A stretch of 64,000 nucleotides of DNA from Candidatus Marinacidobacterales bacterium (GCA_965224085.1 CBDCYI010000011.1:512001-576000), one strand, 5' to 3'; positions 19,413 through 31,252 are shown, counted from the stretch's first letter. Notes: generated by a model from the letters alone, not told the origin. Made by a program: numbers and translations.

Positions 19413-20279
19413 ATGAAGTTTGAGGTAGACAAGGATCTGTTTCCGTTCGAGAACCACTTCCTCGAGACCGACGCTGGAGCGACGGTGCACTGCGTCGACG
19501 AAGGGCGCGGCGCCGTCGTCCTCATGCTTCATGGCAATCCGTCTTGGTCCTTCCTGTACCGGAAAATGATCACGCGGATGAGAGAGCATTTCCGCTGCGT
19601 TGCGCCGGACTATCCGGGCTTTGGCCTGTCCACCGCACCGACCGGGTACGACTTTCTGGCCAGTACGCACAGTGAGGTTCTGGCCGATCTCATCGAGAAG
19701 CTCGGGCTCGAGGACTTCATCCTGGTGATGCAGGATTGGGGCGGTCCGATCGGGCTTGCCGTGGCTGAGCAGTTCCCGGAGCGGGTGCGCGGCATGGTGA
19801 TCGGCAATACATGGGCGTGGCCTCTGAAGGGTGAGCTCAGGATGGAAGTCTTCAGCTGGATAATGGGTGGCCCGATCGGCCGGGCGATGGCACGCTCGTT
19901 CAACGGTGTGTGGCGCGTATTCATGACGCGAGGATTCGTCAACCGGCCCAGCGACGGGGAGCTGGCCATGTACGCGGCACCATTTCGCGAAAAGATGAAC
20001 CGCGTTCAGACCGCCATCTTTCCCCGCCAGCTAGTCAAGGCTCACGAGTTCGAGGCGAACGTCGAGTCTGGACTAGAGACACTAGCCGACAAGCCCGTGT
20101 TGTTTCTATGGGGAAACAGGGATTTTGCCTTCAAACAACGGGAGCTTGCGCGGTTCAAGTCGCACTTTCCCGACCACGTCCATCATCCTCTTGAGGCGAG
20201 CCACTTCTGGCAGGACGAACAGGGCGAAGTCGCCTCGGATTACATCATCGACTGGGCACGGCAGAAAAATTGGGTATGA
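19413..20279 (+). CDS. Haloalkane dehalogenase-like alpha/beta hydrolase
   Basis: LHGNPSWSFLYR, DYPGFGLS, QDWGG (Asp nucleophile), ASHFWQD. Confidence 0.85.
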   Translation: MKFEVDKDLFPFENHFLETDAGATVHCVDEGRGAVVLMLHGNPSWSFLYRKMITRMREHFRCVAPDYPGFGLSTAPTGYDFLASTHSEVLADLIEKLGLEDFILVMQDWGGPIGLAVAEQFPERVRGMVIGNTWAWPLKGELRMEVFSWIMGGPIGRAMARSFNGVWRVFMTRGFVNRPSDGELAMYAAPFREKMNRVQTAIFPRQLVKAHEFEANVESGLETLADKPVLFLWGNRDFAFKQRELARFKSHFPDHVHHPLEASHFWQDEQGEVASDYIIDWARQKNWV

Positions 20280-20289
20280 CCGAGTGGCT

Positions 20290-20410
20290 CGGATCTCGAC
20301 TGGGTGTATGTTGTCAAGAAAATTCGGATCGGCGCGAGCTCCCGCTGCGACGACGCCAAACTCCCCGGCAGCGTTTAGATAGCGAGCCGCTTCCGTCGTT
20401 GCCATCGAAG
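20290..20410 (-). pseudogene. C-terminal stub of an amidohydrolase
   Basis: MATTEAARYLNAAGEFGVVAAGARAD matches the amidohydrolase C-terminal ATxxAAxxL...GxxxxGxxAD pattern. Confidence 0.5.
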
Positions 20411-20555
20411 GAGTGCCTCGTTGGGAATTCCCGTCTTCGACAGGTTGTCGAATTAGCTTCAGCTTCTCGCCGGTCGTGACTATGGGATTTCGTGGATCGA
20501 CCGCTACCATCCCACGGAAGGGCCGCCGCCCGAGCGGAGGGAGACCAGTCGTACC

Positions 20556-21122
20556 TTGTTACCGGCGCATTTGCGGGCGAGCCTCGAGGTTCTCGGTCCG
20601 GGGCAACACCCGTTTCCACTTCCGTACGCCACTCGCGAGCGCCACATGAAATTCGAGCCCGCGATCTATCTCGACAAGATCGTGCGCGACGTCATCCTAT
20701 TTGGGGGACGCATCGTCATCCGTGAGTTCGAAGCCAAGCGAGACCTCATGTCGCTCACCGAGCCCATCATCGTCAACTGCACCGGACTCGGCGCCAAAGA
20801 ATTGTTCGAGGACGACGAGGTCGTGCCCTATAAAGGCCAGCTCACGCTTTTGGTTCCGCAATCCGATGTCGCCTACGAGACGGGTGGTGGCCTCCGCACG
20901 ACGAGCGGTCAGGCCGGTGTCTTCCTACATATGACGCCGCGTTCGGACGGTATCGCGCTCGGCGGCACCGCTGAGCATGATGAGTGGTCGCTCGAGCCGA
21001 ACGAGGAGGCGCGCAAGGGAGTGGTCGAAGGGCACATGGAGCTGTTTTCGGCGATGCGCGGTCCGTCTCTCCGCCAAGCTCGCGTTCCCCCCAGGCGTAA
21101 GCCTACGAATGCGACATTTTGA
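20556..21122 (+). pseudogene. D-amino acid oxidase-like FAD oxidoreductase, 3' fragment
   Basis: HPFP, EPAIYL, IVNCTGLGA, PYKGQL, PRSDGIALGG; the FAD-binding GxGxxG region is absent. Confidence 0.7.
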
Positions 21123-21155
21123 GCATTCAAGCTTCGTCGACAAGGGCCACGCGAA

Positions 21156-21617
21156 GTGAAGAAGCTGAGCTGTCTCAACCCTGAGTGCCTGTTGTATGGG
21201 AAAACCGGATCCGGAAACGTCACCCGACACGGATTCTACCAGACGAGGTCTGGAAAACGTCGCCGATGTCAATGCGTCGGGTGTGGAGTGACGTTCTCTT
21301 CGACCAAAGGCACGCTGTACTACCGTCTTCATGACCGGAGATCCACATTCGATGCGGTTGTCACCCTGAGAGTCGAGGGTGTCAGCATCACTGCGATTGC
21401 ACGGGTCGAGGGCGTTGCCTGGAACACCGTCGCCCGCTGGCTTGAAAAAGCGGCGGACGCCTGTCGTCGATTCAACAGCAAACGGATCGCCGGATTCGTT
21501 GTCGAGGACGTGAAGGTCGAACGTAGAGAATTGATGGGAGCCGCATGGCGATTCGAAGAAGCGCTCAAAAACTCCGAGGACTCGTCGACTGGTGCTTCCG
21601 CTGTCAACTGTTGGTGA
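21156..21617 (+). mobile_element. IS1-family transposase fragment
   Basis: Zinc ribbon CLNPEC...RHGFYQTRSGKRRRCQCVGC and HTH SITAIARVEGVAWNTVARWL; DDE domain largely deleted; homologous to 28960-29400. Confidence 0.7.
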
Positions 21618-21767
21618 TTCGTCTTCATCCCGTTCTGTTGAAGGTACTTATGGCCCATTTTCGAGCGCTAATGAAGTGGGGGTCACTAGATCGGTCGTAA
21701 TCTGTTGCACCACAAAGTCTTACGTTCATTTCAGCAACACGAAGATGCTGCGACCCGCGCGCTCGGT

Positions 21768-22646
21768 TCACGCGAAAAGTTTGGGCTTCTGTTCGTGCCA
21801 GCGCGCTACGTCCTGATAGGCCTTCGCTACCGCAAGCACCTCCGCCTCCGCGTATAGCCGGCCGAGGAACGTGATGCCGGTGGGGCGGCCTTTTTCGTCG
21901 AACCCGTTGGGCACCGACACGGCGGGGTAGCCGCACAAGTTGGCCACCGAGAAATGATCGCGGATCGGGCCGGGCGGCGTGGGCGGAGGAGTCGGCGCGT
22001 TCTCGTCGCGCGGCGGGCCCGGCTGCATGTACGGCGCAATGTAGACGTCGTATTTAGAGACGACATCGGCGAACTGGCGCATGATGATGGTGCGAATCCG
22101 CTGGGTTTGGAGGAACTCTACCGCGGGGATCAAGCGGCTTCGGCGGTGTCCCTGTGCCCGCCTTTGGTTCCCGAGCTCGGCGTCCCGGCCGCTCCGAAGG
22201 AACGCGTCGAAGAAAGCGCCGGACTCGGCGCCGTTCGCGCTCGTCGCGGCGTCTGTCGGGAACGCGGGCAACTCGAACGGCTCTAGCGTGAGGCCGAGCG
22301 CCCGCAGCTGCTCGAGAGCGGCCGCGTCGTTCTGCTTCCAGGCAGCATAGCGGCCCTCTTCCTCGAACGCGGGGGCCAGGTAGCCGATCGAAAGCGGTCG
22401 AATATCGCGGCGGCCGTTCCAGTTGAATGGCAGATCGATCACGCTGAGATCTTGCTCGTCGGTCTTCGCGATCGCGTGGAATACGACGGCACAATCCTCG
22501 GCGGTCCGGCACATCGGTCCGATCCGGTCGCGGGTCCACGAGAGCGTCATCGCGCCGTGCCGGCTCACGCGGCCGAAGGTCGGTCGCAGGCCGGTCACAC
22601 CGCAACGCGTCGATGGGCTCAGGATCGATCCACTCGTCTCCGTCCC
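21768..22646 (-). pseudogene. Amidase-signature enzyme, 5'-truncated
   Basis: Begins abruptly at [12 protein letters not shown]...[11 protein letters not shown]; C-terminus NLCGYPAVSVPNG is intact. Confidence 0.8.
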
Positions 22647-22756
22647 ACGAGCTGAAGCAAGCACAGGCGCAATTGGTTCACTCGGGGAAGATGGCGTCGA
22701 TCGGCACGCTGGCGGCGGGCGTCGCACACGAGCTCAACACGCCGATCGCCTCGATG
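22647..22756 (+). pseudogene. Histidine kinase HisKA stub
   Basis: [35 protein letters not shown] (NtrB-type H-box), with nothing else of the gene. Confidence 0.75.
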
Positions 22757-22952
22757 ATGAGTTTTCATCGAGCCGGATTGTCCCTCGGCTCGGAGCTGGA
22801 CGATCCTTTCGTCATTCTTGACGACATCTATCAGCACGTCGTCAAGCCGTGGGGCTGTATAACCTCTAGCGGCCAGGTGACTTGGTCGAGCGCCGCAGCT
22901 CGCAAGGATGCGGAAGAGAGATGGGGCGATGTCGCGAGTGCTGCTTTAGACT

Positions 22953-24758
22953 CTAGTTCGTCGATGCCTCCAGTACGGAAGAGAGTCTAACCGGATTCCA
23001 AAACACATCCATCTCGTCGTCTAGGCCGGTGATCTGCCAGCGCAGAAGGGCCAACGGAACGGACCCAAGCGTGATGATCTGGTCGTGGAAATGCTTCAGA
23101 TCGAAGTCCTCTTTGAGCTGCATCTTGCGATCCGCCAGCAGCTTGAAGATCTGAAGCTTGCCCGTTTGGCAGTGATCCAGCCCGCGTACCAGCACACCCT
23201 CCATCTCTTCGAAGGCCTCTTCCCGAGTCGCTCCCAAGCCAGAGCCCAGTGGAGGCACGTTCTCCCGGAACCGCGCGAAGGCTTCCTCCGGCGTGATCTT
23301 GGCGGAAAGCAGATCGATGCCCATGGAGATCCGCTCCGCTCTCTGAATCATGTTTATGTAAGGGAGCTCTCGCCCTCGAGGCCCACGTACGTAGGGGAAG
23401 TCGAGAGCGACGGGGAGCTCCTCGTGATAGAAGCACCAACCCTGGCTGTGCGCCCCGTCACGATGTCCGCGCCGGATGGGGTCGGGGTTGTGGCGATGCA
23501 CGTATCGCTCATAAACGTGGCCCGGCCAGTACTCGTGTCCCCACAACACCGCTGGCTCCGTTCGAAACCCCATGTTGGAGTGGATGGCGCGCCAGTGGTC
23601 GTCGGGTACGAGAATGACTCTCTCGATCGGCTTCTCCTCGATGGTGAAGGAGAGGTAGCCGAAGGGAAGGAGGTACTCCCCGCTCTCGACACGCACATCC
23701 GGGATGTAGTCGCGATCGCTGAGGATGTCGTGTCCGTGCTCCGTGTACCATCGGCGGGTAATCAAAGCCGTCTCGTTGTCCCAGCCGATGTACTCGTCGA
23801 TCTGCTCCGCCGGGCCGATCTTCGGGAGGTGACGGTTCTTCTGCATCTCGAACTGATGGTAGGAGATCGCCCGCGCACGCTCCATCTCCGCCATCAATTT
23901 CAGCTGGTCGGTGTCGTAAGGCTGCAGCAAGACGTGACGGGTGTACCAGTCGAGCGCCTCTTTCCCGATGTAGTAGTTACCTTTCATCTCCTCCCGGCTT
24001 TCCTCGAGCCAGCCCGCGAAAGCGAGGAGATGCTCCGCTGCCTCGGCGGCGGTCGACACCAGGCCCGCCGCCTCCGGCTGGGGGAAGTGCTCGGCGGTCT
24101 TCTCCGCCCATTTCCGGTAGTTGTTGACGATGTACTCGAGCTGTCCGCCTTCCGTATAGTAGCCGCCGCCGGGATGCCGCAGAGCGATTTCCGCGAGCTC
24201 CGGCACCATCTCCGTCAGGTTTTGCCGTCCCTGCGCGAGGATCTTCTCGGTCTGGGCGAGCGCTTCGAGAATCGCCTGGGCCCGCTCGGAGGTGTAAGGC
24301 ATGGCGTCGCCTCGCATATAGCGCGAACCGGTCAGCAATCGCCCCACATTGCGTATCGCCTGATTGACGTAGAAGCTCGGGTTTCGACTGGACTGCCGCC
24401 AGACGCGGAGATCGAAATCGAGCCGATCCATTTCACTACGAAGTAGCAGGTAGTCGATTCTCGCGTGCACCGACCATGCGGAAGGATCGATGGCGTCGAG
24501 TCGAGCTCTGAAACGGGGGAGCTGCTCCTTCTGACTCCGAACCCGGTCGGCGTAGTCGGGAAACCCGCTTCCCCAGCCGACGATGGCGCGAAACTCCTCG
24601 GCGAGTGTCAGCAGCTCCGGCGGGAGCTGGTCGGGGCCGGGCACTTTCACCGGGCTCCAGGTCTGCTGAGCCGCGCCAGGCGCTGCAGCCACCAGGATCA
24701 GGATGGCAAGGATAAAAGAGGCGAGTGGACTGATTCGAGCCGTTCTTGCGGAGAACAT
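22953..24758 (-). CDS. DUF885 family secreted protein (putative metallopeptidase)
   Basis: Signal peptide; [23 protein letters not shown]...GSVPLAL. Confidence 0.8.
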   Translation of the reverse strand: MFSARTARISPLASFILAILILVAAAPGAAQQTWSPVKVPGPDQLPPELLTLAEEFRAIVGWGSGFPDYADRVRSQKEQLPRFRARLDAIDPSAWSVHARIDYLLLRSEMDRLDFDLRVWRQSSRNPSFYVNQAIRNVGRLLTGSRYMRGDAMPYTSERAQAILEALAQTEKILAQGRQNLTEMVPELAEIALRHPGGGYYTEGGQLEYIVNNYRKWAEKTAEHFPQPEAAGLVSTAAEAAEHLLAFAGWLEESREEMKGNYYIGKEALDWYTRHVLLQPYDTDQLKLMAEMERARAISYHQFEMQKNRHLPKIGPAEQIDEYIGWDNETALITRRWYTEHGHDILSDRDYIPDVRVESGEYLLPFGYLSFTIEEKPIERVILVPDDHWRAIHSNMGFRTEPAVLWGHEYWPGHVYERYVHRHNPDPIRRGHRDGAHSQGWCFYHEELPVALDFPYVRGPRGRELPYINMIQRAERISMGIDLLSAKITPEEAFARFRENVPPLGSGLGATREEAFEEMEGVLVRGLDHCQTGKLQIFKLLADRKMQLKEDFDLKHFHDQIITLGSVPLALLRWQITGLDDEMDVFWNPVRLSSVLEASTN

Positions 24759-25035
24759 GTTTTCCTCCTGCTTCGGACGTGTTCAACAAACGAGCGTCGA
24801 TAACGCTCGCCCGATTCTAGTTCGAGATGGGTGGTTGGAGAAACATTTAATTGCATCAAAGAACAAGAGCGCCGACCGTTTGTGTTGAAGAGAGATAACG
24901 GTAAAGATAGAGTTGGCGGCAGCGGTCGGCCGCGATCCTCGAGCCGAGAGCGCCGGAATCATCGTCACCTCGCGTGATCGGTAACCAATCTCGGCCGGCG
25001 ATGGCGGTGAGCGATATCACCGGGAAGGGGGTCTC

Positions 25036-25809
25036 ATGGAGCTCGCTTGGACTCGTTGGCCGGCCACGGGTTTCATCCTGGCTGGCTTGATCGCCGTGGT
25101 CGCGGAGGGCCAGGATCGTTCTCACGACCGAGACGGTGTCTTTCGGTACGACATCATCGACATGACGAGCCGGGAGGTCTCGGTCGCCGACGCCCGTCAG
25201 ATCCACTTCGGCCCCTACCGTGCCTACTTCCGAGTGTTTCCGTTCGGAACCGGACCCGCGGGATTCTACGAGGAACGGGAGCCCCACAAGGACTTCCGTC
25301 TGATGCACACGGTTCCAGACCTGGTTGGAAAGTACCGTGATCGATCCGTCGATTACAGCGAGCGCTGGGAGGGCCCCGACAAGCTCGTCGTCACGCACTC
25401 GAGCGCGGTCCCGGGCGAGCGGCGTCGGACGAGGCGCATTCTCACGCGCGTCGGGACCGAGACCTCTGAGTGGGACGGCGCCTGGAGATTGCGGGTCCTG
25501 GACGAGACCGCTTCCGAGGAGCTTCGCGGGGAGAGAGTGTGGATTCGCTACGGGGATTATGTTGGTTTCTTCTGGCGTGCTCCGGACCGTCCCCTCTACG
25601 CCATGTATGCCAAACAGGCGGAGAAGAACAGATTCCGGATTCTGTTCAGTACGAGGGAGGAGGAGGTTGCGACCATCCTCGACCACGCGAGCGAATACCA
25701 GGGTGGATGGGACGGCGTACGCTGGGTGGAAAGCTACGTCGAGGGCACGGAAGGAAACGAGCGCCGGGGGCACCGGTTGCGAGTCACTTACGAGGCCATG
25801 CGGAAATGA
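25036..25809 (+). CDS. Secreted hypothetical protein
   Basis: Signal-like N-terminus, upstream GAAGGGGG RBS, ATGA overlap with the next gene. Confidence 0.6.
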   Translation: MELAWTRWPATGFILAGLIAVVAEGQDRSHDRDGVFRYDIIDMTSREVSVADARQIHFGPYRAYFRVFPFGTGPAGFYEEREPHKDFRLMHTVPDLVGKYRDRSVDYSERWEGPDKLVVTHSSAVPGERRRTRRILTRVGTETSEWDGAWRLRVLDETASEELRGERVWIRYGDYVGFFWRAPDRPLYAMYAKQAEKNRFRILFSTREEEVATILDHASEYQGGWDGVRWVESYVEGTEGNERRGHRLRVTYEAMRK

Positions 25810-27125
25810 TCGACCTGTGGTCGGCACGTGTGCACCGGGTTATCTTCATGGCGTTTGTCACCTGGATCGGTTGCTGCGCACGCGGCCAGGCGGGCAACTG
25901 GCCGCAGTGGCGCGGGCCGTTCCTCAACGGCACGAGCCTCGAGACAGGGCTTTCGTCCAAGTGGAGCCGAGAGGAGAACATCCGATGGAAGCTCGAGCTT
26001 CCCGCCTTGAGCGCATCCACGCCCATCGTCTGGGAAGATCGCATCTTCCTGAACGTGGCGGATGGCGAGGAGCTTCAGCTGTGGGCGTTGGACCGGAACG
26101 ATGGAACCGTTCTCTGGAAGGGTCTGCTGGGCGACGGCAACGAGAAGGTGAACAAGCAGAACATGTCGTCTCCCTCGCCGGTGACCGACGGCACGAGCGT
26201 CTGGGTCATGACCGGGACGGGTGTCCTCAAACGCTTCGACTTCGACGGCAACGAGATCTGGGCCCGGAACTTCGTGAAGGACTATGGAAAGTTCGGGCTG
26301 ATGTACGGTTACGGCTCATCGCCTCTGCTGTACGGCGACGCGGTCTACGTTCAAGTGATTCACGGCAAGGAGGCGAGCGAGCCGTCTTACCTTCTCTGCA
26401 TCGACAAGGCGACGGGAGAGACGCGGTGGAGGGTCGAGCGTCATACCGAGGCCGTGGGGGCTGCGGGAGACTCCTACGGGTCGCCGACCCTCTTGAAGCT
26501 TGCCGACAGGGCGGAGATCATCGTGAGCGGTGCGAACGTCGTCACGGGCTACGAGCCCGCGACCGGGCTTGAGCTCTGGCGCGCCACCGGGCTCAACCCC
26601 GAGAACAACCCCACGAGTCGAAGCGTCGCCTCGCCCGTCGTCACCGAGGGGATCGTCTACGCCCCCGCAAGGTTCGGGCCAATGCTCGCGATCGAGGGCG
26701 GAGGCCGGGGCGATGTCACGGAGAGTCATCGCCAATGGGCGTTCCGGCGCGGTCCGGAGATCCCAACCCCGGTCACCGATGGAAAGCTCCTCTACGTCGT
26801 CGGTGACATGGGCATCATGTGGTGTCTCGACGCCAAGACGGGCGAAAGAGTTTGGGGCCCACGGCGGCTTGCTCCCGGCGTTTATAGCTCGTCGCCGGTG
26901 ATGGCGGACGGAAAGATCTACGCCACCAACGAAGACGGGATCACCACGGTCGTCAAAGCGGGAGCGGAGTTCGAGATCCTCGCCCGAAACGACCTCGAGG
27001 ACTATTGTCTCAGCTCTCCGGCGATCTCGGGCGGTCAGATCTACATCCGAACGACGCATCACCTCCATAGCATCGGCGGGTCGGTCGGCGCGTCCGGTGA
27101 GTTCGAGTCTCCTCGCTCGCAGTAA
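25806..27125 (+). CDS. PQQ-like (BamB-type) beta-propeller repeat protein
   Basis: [24 protein letters not shown] repeats with DxxTGxxxW turns. Confidence 0.85.
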   Translation: MIDLWSARVHRVIFMAFVTWIGCCARGQAGNWPQWRGPFLNGTSLETGLSSKWSREENIRWKLELPALSASTPIVWEDRIFLNVADGEELQLWALDRNDGTVLWKGLLGDGNEKVNKQNMSSPSPVTDGTSVWVMTGTGVLKRFDFDGNEIWARNFVKDYGKFGLMYGYGSSPLLYGDAVYVQVIHGKEASEPSYLLCIDKATGETRWRVERHTEAVGAAGDSYGSPTLLKLADRAEIIVSGANVVTGYEPATGLELWRATGLNPENNPTSRSVASPVVTEGIVYAPARFGPMLAIEGGGRGDVTESHRQWAFRRGPEIPTPVTDGKLLYVVGDMGIMWCLDAKTGERVWGPRRLAPGVYSSSPVMADGKIYATNEDGITTVVKAGAEFEILARNDLEDYCLSSPAISGGQIYIRTTHHLHSIGGSVGASGEFESPRSQ

Positions 27126-27193
27126 ACCCAGCCGTTGACTTAACTCGGATTGCGGGCGTAGTGTTAGCTTCCTGATCGGCGAGGAGGATCGAG

Positions 27194-27487
27194 ATGCGTT
27201 CCTGGATCGCTTTGTCCGCTGTCTTGTTTATGGGCTTCACTCCCGACAAGGCTCCCGAACAAAAACTCATCCCGGGCGAGGGGAGCGGAACTGCCGACGA
27301 GCTGCGCGCGAGGGGCTATCGTTATCGCCCTCCTATCCGGGCCAACCGTGCTGTGGTGGCGGCCGGCAATCCACTGTCGGCCATGGCGGGAATGAGAATC
27401 ATCGAGCAAGGGGGCAACGTCGTCGACGCCGGGGTCGCGGCCATGCTGGTGGCCGAGATCGAGTCCCGTCGAGCACTAACAGGGTGA
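27194..27487 (+). pseudogene. Gamma-glutamyltransferase N-terminal stub
   Basis: RAVVAAGNPLSAMAGMRIIEQGGNVVDAGVAA, then an early stop. Confidence 0.75.
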
Positions 27488-27505
27488 TTAAAAACGGGAA
27501 GCCAT

Positions 27506-27720
27506 GAGCGAGCGGAGCGAGCCCGGCTGGGAGGAAGCGGTCACGCCGGAGCGTCAGCGGAGGCGTGGGCCGCAGGAATTTTCCGGCGGGAGTAGCTTCG
27601 AGGGAGTCCCGGAACATCTGATTCCCTCGAAGCAGGCCGATGCGGACGATTCGGCCGTCCGAGCCGAGCCCGCCCGCCCGCAGCGAGCCTGCCAGCGCCC
27701 GAGCCGAAGAGGCGAGCGCG
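27506..27720. repeat. Structured intergenic REP/MITE-like element
   Basis: GAGCGAGCGGAGCGAGCC-type motifs, nested CACGCC..GGCGTG, and a perfect stem GCTTCGAGGGA (27595-27605) / TCCCTCGAAGC (27623-27633). Confidence 0.4.
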
Positions 27721-27739
27721 CACTAAGAAGGAGGACACG

Positions 27740-28789
27740 ATGAGTCGGAGAGTGTTACTGAGCTGCTTTCTGCTGCTCGCGGAAGTCACTGCGGCGCAGC
27801 AAGCCGATCGGCCCGCGGTCGACCACGTGCTCAAGCCCACACCACAGACGGTGGTCTGGGGATACTTCGATCCCGCCTCCGTCCCCGTGCTTCGCATCCA
27901 ATCCGGAGATACGGTGGAAATCGAGACCCTCAGCACCTCCAGCCCCGAACGTCTCGAGCGTGAGGGCGTACCTCCCGAGCACATCAAGCAATCACTGCGG
28001 GACATCCATCGCGAGGTGACCGATCGGGGCACGCCCCTTCGGCGAGGTGGGCACATTCTTACCGGACCGATCTACATCGAGGGCATCGAGCCCGGCGACG
28101 TCCTCGAGGTCCGGATTCTGAGAGTACGGCTCGCCAGCCCCTTCGCTCGCAACGGATTCTCGCCCGGGCGGGGGGTCTTGCCCGAGGAGTTTCCCTATGC
28201 GCGCGGCAAGATCGTACTGCTGGACGAAGAGAGAATGGTCGCCCGATTCGATCCCGGCATCGAGATCCCCCTGCGCCCCTTCTTCGGCAACATGGGCGTG
28301 GCCCCGCCGCACGGGCGGATACATGGCTCGCCACCCTGGTTTCACGGCGGGAACATCGACAACAAGGAGCTGGTCGAGGGTACGAAGCTGTTTCTACCCG
28401 TGCACGTACCGGGAGCATTGTTTCAGGTGAGCGATGGCCACGCGGCCCAGGGCAATGGAGAGGTCGACGTGTCGGCGCTCGAGACCTCTCTCGTCGGTGT
28501 CTTCCAGTTCGTAGCGCGCAAGGACATGAGCCTGCGCTGGCCGCGGGCGGAGACACCCACGCACTTCATGACCATGGGGCTCGACGAGAACCTGGACGAA
28601 GCGGCGAAGTTGGCCCTGCGAGAGATGATTGACTTCCTGGTGAGCGAAAAGCGTCTCACGCGGGACGACGCCTATATGCTCTCGAGCGTCGCCGTCGATC
28701 TCTCCATCACCCAGCTCGTCGATGGAACGAAGGGTGTGCACGCGATGATCCCCAAAGCCATCTTCTTGGACTCCGCCGAGGATCGATGA
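27740..28789 (+). CDS. Acetamidase/formamidase family protein (exported)
   Basis: HILTGPIYIEG, GGNIDNKEL, DGHAAQGNGEV; GGAGG RBS; signal peptide. Confidence 0.9.
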   Translation: MSRRVLLSCFLLLAEVTAAQQADRPAVDHVLKPTPQTVVWGYFDPASVPVLRIQSGDTVEIETLSTSSPERLEREGVPPEHIKQSLRDIHREVTDRGTPLRRGGHILTGPIYIEGIEPGDVLEVRILRVRLASPFARNGFSPGRGVLPEEFPYARGKIVLLDEERMVARFDPGIEIPLRPFFGNMGVAPPHGRIHGSPPWFHGGNIDNKELVEGTKLFLPVHVPGALFQVSDGHAAQGNGEVDVSALETSLVGVFQFVARKDMSLRWPRAETPTHFMTMGLDENLDEAAKLALREMIDFLVSEKRLTRDDAYMLSSVAVDLSITQLVDGTKGVHAMIPKAIFLDSAEDR

Positions 28790-28801
28790 CACGCTGCACC
28801 G

Positions 28802-28906
28802 TTCTCCGAAGTCGCCAAGTGAGTTGTGTCCGTTGAACTGCGCGGACGCGGCCGTGGCGATCGATCCGAGGGCGGCTATGAAAACAGCGATGGAAACGAA
28901 GCTACG
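28802..28906 (-). pseudogene. Stub of a secreted/outer-membrane protein (possibly SphA/MetA-pathway transporter N-terminus)
   Basis: Signal peptide ending ASA-Q followed by FNGHNSLGDFG, then broken. Confidence 0.35.
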
Positions 28907-28959
28907 GCCTGTTCCAGAACTGGTTCCAAGAGTTGAAGGTAAGCAGTCCAAGCGTCAAA

Positions 28960-29400
28960 TAGAATCCGGTCGCGTTCGCCGCCGCGACGTTCTTGCTCCC
29001 GGCGAAGGAGCGAATCTCGTCGGCCTGGAGCTCCTCGACAATAAATCCCGCGATCTTTCCATTGTTGAAGCGACGGCACGCGTCGGCGGCCACCTCGAGC
29101 CAGCGGGCCACAGTGTTCCAGGCCATGCCTTCGATACGAGCGATCGCCGAAACGCTGACGCCCTCGACTCTGAGAGCGACGACGGCGTCGAAAGTTCTGT
29201 GTCGATGGTGAAGACGGTAGTACGGTGTGCCCTTGGTTGAAGAGAACGTCTTTCCGCACTCGGAGCACCGGTAGCGACGCCGTCGCCCGGACCTCGTTCG
29301 GTAGAATCCGTGGCGGATGATGTTTTCCGGCACCGACCCTTCCATGGAGCGGACGCGGAGTTGAGACATTTGCGATTCTTCACTCGGTTTGGCCCTTGTA
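28960..29400 (-). mobile_element. IS1-family transposase fragment (frameshifted, truncated)
   Basis: RHGFYRTRSGRRRRYRCSECG, HTH, and ELQADEIRSF (first DDE Asp motif); homologous to 21156-21617. Confidence 0.72.
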
Positions 29401-29541
29401 GAAGACAGATCTGAGACTCTCGAAAATTGGGCTCAAACTCTAGCACGCGAGCGGGTTAGGACCAGGCTCCCATCACTTGACGGCGGAAGCACCCGGTATT
29501 CCACGTTCGTCCGGCCGATTTTGGACATCAATCATGCTCGG

Positions 29542-29913
29542 CTAGCCTTTCTCTGAATAAGCACTGCCAGCGGTACACGTTTCATGGATTGCTACCTCGC
29601 TTAGTTCCGGCAACGAATGTTTGAGTCGTTGCCATATCCAAGCGGCGATATTCTCGCTCGTCGGATTCTCCAGTCCATCAATTTCGTTGAGATAGTGATG
29701 ATCCAGTTTGTTATAAATGGGCTTGAACGCGGCCTTGATGTCGGCGAAATCCATTACCCACCCTAACTTTTCTTGTATCGGGCCTTCCACAGTCAGGCGC
29801 ACGCGAAAAGAGTGGCCGTGAAGCCGGGCGCACTTGTGCCCTTCCGGCGCGTTGGGCAGGCGGTGGGCGGCCTCAAACGTGAAATCTTTGAAGATGCGAA
29901 CAGGGTTGCCCAT
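29542..29913 (-). CDS. queD: 6-carboxy-5,6,7,8-tetrahydropterin synthase
   Basis: [32 protein letters not shown]. Confidence 0.95.
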   Translation of the reverse strand: MGNPVRIFKDFTFEAAHRLPNAPEGHKCARLHGHSFRVRLTVEGPIQEKLGWVMDFADIKAAFKPIYNKLDHHYLNEIDGLENPTSENIAAWIWQRLKHSLPELSEVAIHETCTAGSAYSEKG

Positions 29914-29914
29914 C

Positions 29915-30553
29915 TTAGGGGATTCCTAAAAACTTGTGTGTCTGCAGGCTGAGTCTCCAATTTGGGTGGTCAAGGCAGTACTGGACGGCCCGTTGAGTAT
30001 TCGCTTTGACCGAAGGTCCGTCCATGGGCTGAATGAAAAAATTAGAAAATCCCAGATCCTCGAATCTCTCCGGATCTGCGTCTGCCTGCGGGTACACCAG
30101 CTTGAGTTCGTGTCCCGAACGCAATCGGAGATCCGCGCCTGCCTTTGGACTGACGCAGATCCAGTCCAGCCCCTGCGGGGGCTCGAGCGTCCCGTTCGTT
30201 TCGATCGCAATCTCAAATCCACAGTTGTGGACAGCGCTCACCAGTTCTTCGTTCAACTGTAACAGCGGCTCTCCCCCAGTGAAGACGACAAAAGCGTTAC
30301 GAAACCTCCCTGCATCAGGGCGCCACGTGCGATTAATTGCACCTGCCAGGTTCACTGCGGTTTCGAACTCGCCGCCACCGTCGCCGTTCGTGCCTACGAA
30401 GTCGGTATCGCAGAATTGGCAGATGGCCGTGGCTCGGTCCTCTTCGCGACCGCTCCAGAGGTTACAGCCGGCGAAGCGGCAAAAAACTGCAGGGCGGCCT
30501 GCATTCGCCCCTTCGCCCTGCAAGGTGTAGAAGATCTCTTTGACGGAGTACAT
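29915..30553 (-). CDS. queE: 7-carboxy-7-deazaguanine synthase (radical SAM, Cx14CxxC type)
   Basis: [48 protein letters not shown]. Confidence 0.95.
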   Translation of the reverse strand: MYSVKEIFYTLQGEGANAGRPAVFCRFAGCNLWSGREEDRATAICQFCDTDFVGTNGDGGGEFETAVNLAGAINRTWRPDAGRFRNAFVVFTGGEPLLQLNEELVSAVHNCGFEIAIETNGTLEPPQGLDWICVSPKAGADLRLRSGHELKLVYPQADADPERFEDLGFSNFFIQPMDGPSVKANTQRAVQYCLDHPNWRLSLQTHKFLGIP

Positions 30554-31252
30554 TTAGACCCTCCGATACCGAATTGGGTCCTGTACGCCTGCTTGTTCGA
30601 AGCCCCTCAGTCTCAACTGGCATGCATCACACTGCCCGCATGCTTCGCCTTCCGTTGGGTCGTAGCAGGTACTCGTCAGTGAATAGTCAACGCCCAGTTC
30701 CAATCCTCGTCGAATAATGTCCGCCTTGGAAAGCGTCAAAAGGGGAGTATGTACTCGAAAGTGAGACGCACCCTCCACGCCGGCTTTGGTCGCAAGATTT
30801 GCCAGGTTCTCGAACGCTTCAATGAACTCGGGTCGACAGTCCGGATAGCCGCTGTAGTCGACGGCATTCACGCCGATGAAGAGATCATTACTTCCGAGGA
30901 CTTCTGCCCAGGCCAGCGCCACCGACAGCAAAACGGTGTTCCGCGCGGGAACGTATGTCACTGGGATTCCTGTTGCGATATCTTCGGGCCGGCGCTGTTT
31001 GGGAACGTCGATGTCGTCGCTCGTGAGAGCTGAACCGCCGAAAAGGTTCAAATCAATCTTGACGATTTTATGATCGCGAACACCGAGTTTTCCCGCGATT
31101 TTTTGAGCGGCGTCGATCTCATGCTCCTCGTGGTGTTGACCGTAACGAACCGTGACAGCGTAGCCGTCATAGCCCTCTTGAATAGCCTCTGCAAGCGTCG
31201 TCGACGAATCGAGGCCGCCGCTCAGAAGGACGACCGCTCTTTTGGATGTCAT
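30554..31252 (-). CDS. queC: 7-cyano-7-deazaguanine synthase
   Basis: [25 protein letters not shown], zinc site CY...CGQCDAC. Confidence 0.96.
   Translation of the reverse strand: MTSKRAVVLLSGGLDSSTTLAEAIQEGYDGYAVTVRYGQHHEEHEIDAAQKIAGKLGVRDHKIVKIDLNLFGGSALTSDDIDVPKQRRPEDIATGIPVTYVPARNTVLLSVALAWAEVLGSNDLFIGVNAVDYSGYPDCRPEFIEAFENLANLATKAGVEGASHFRVHTPLLTLSKADIIRRGLELGVDYSLTSTCYDPTEGEACGQCDACQLRLRGFEQAGVQDPIRYRRV

Noticed and set aside
27138-27170. ACTTAAC...GTTAGCT attC-like pair
   Set aside because: Far too short for an attC site, and the right core does not fit GTTRRRY.
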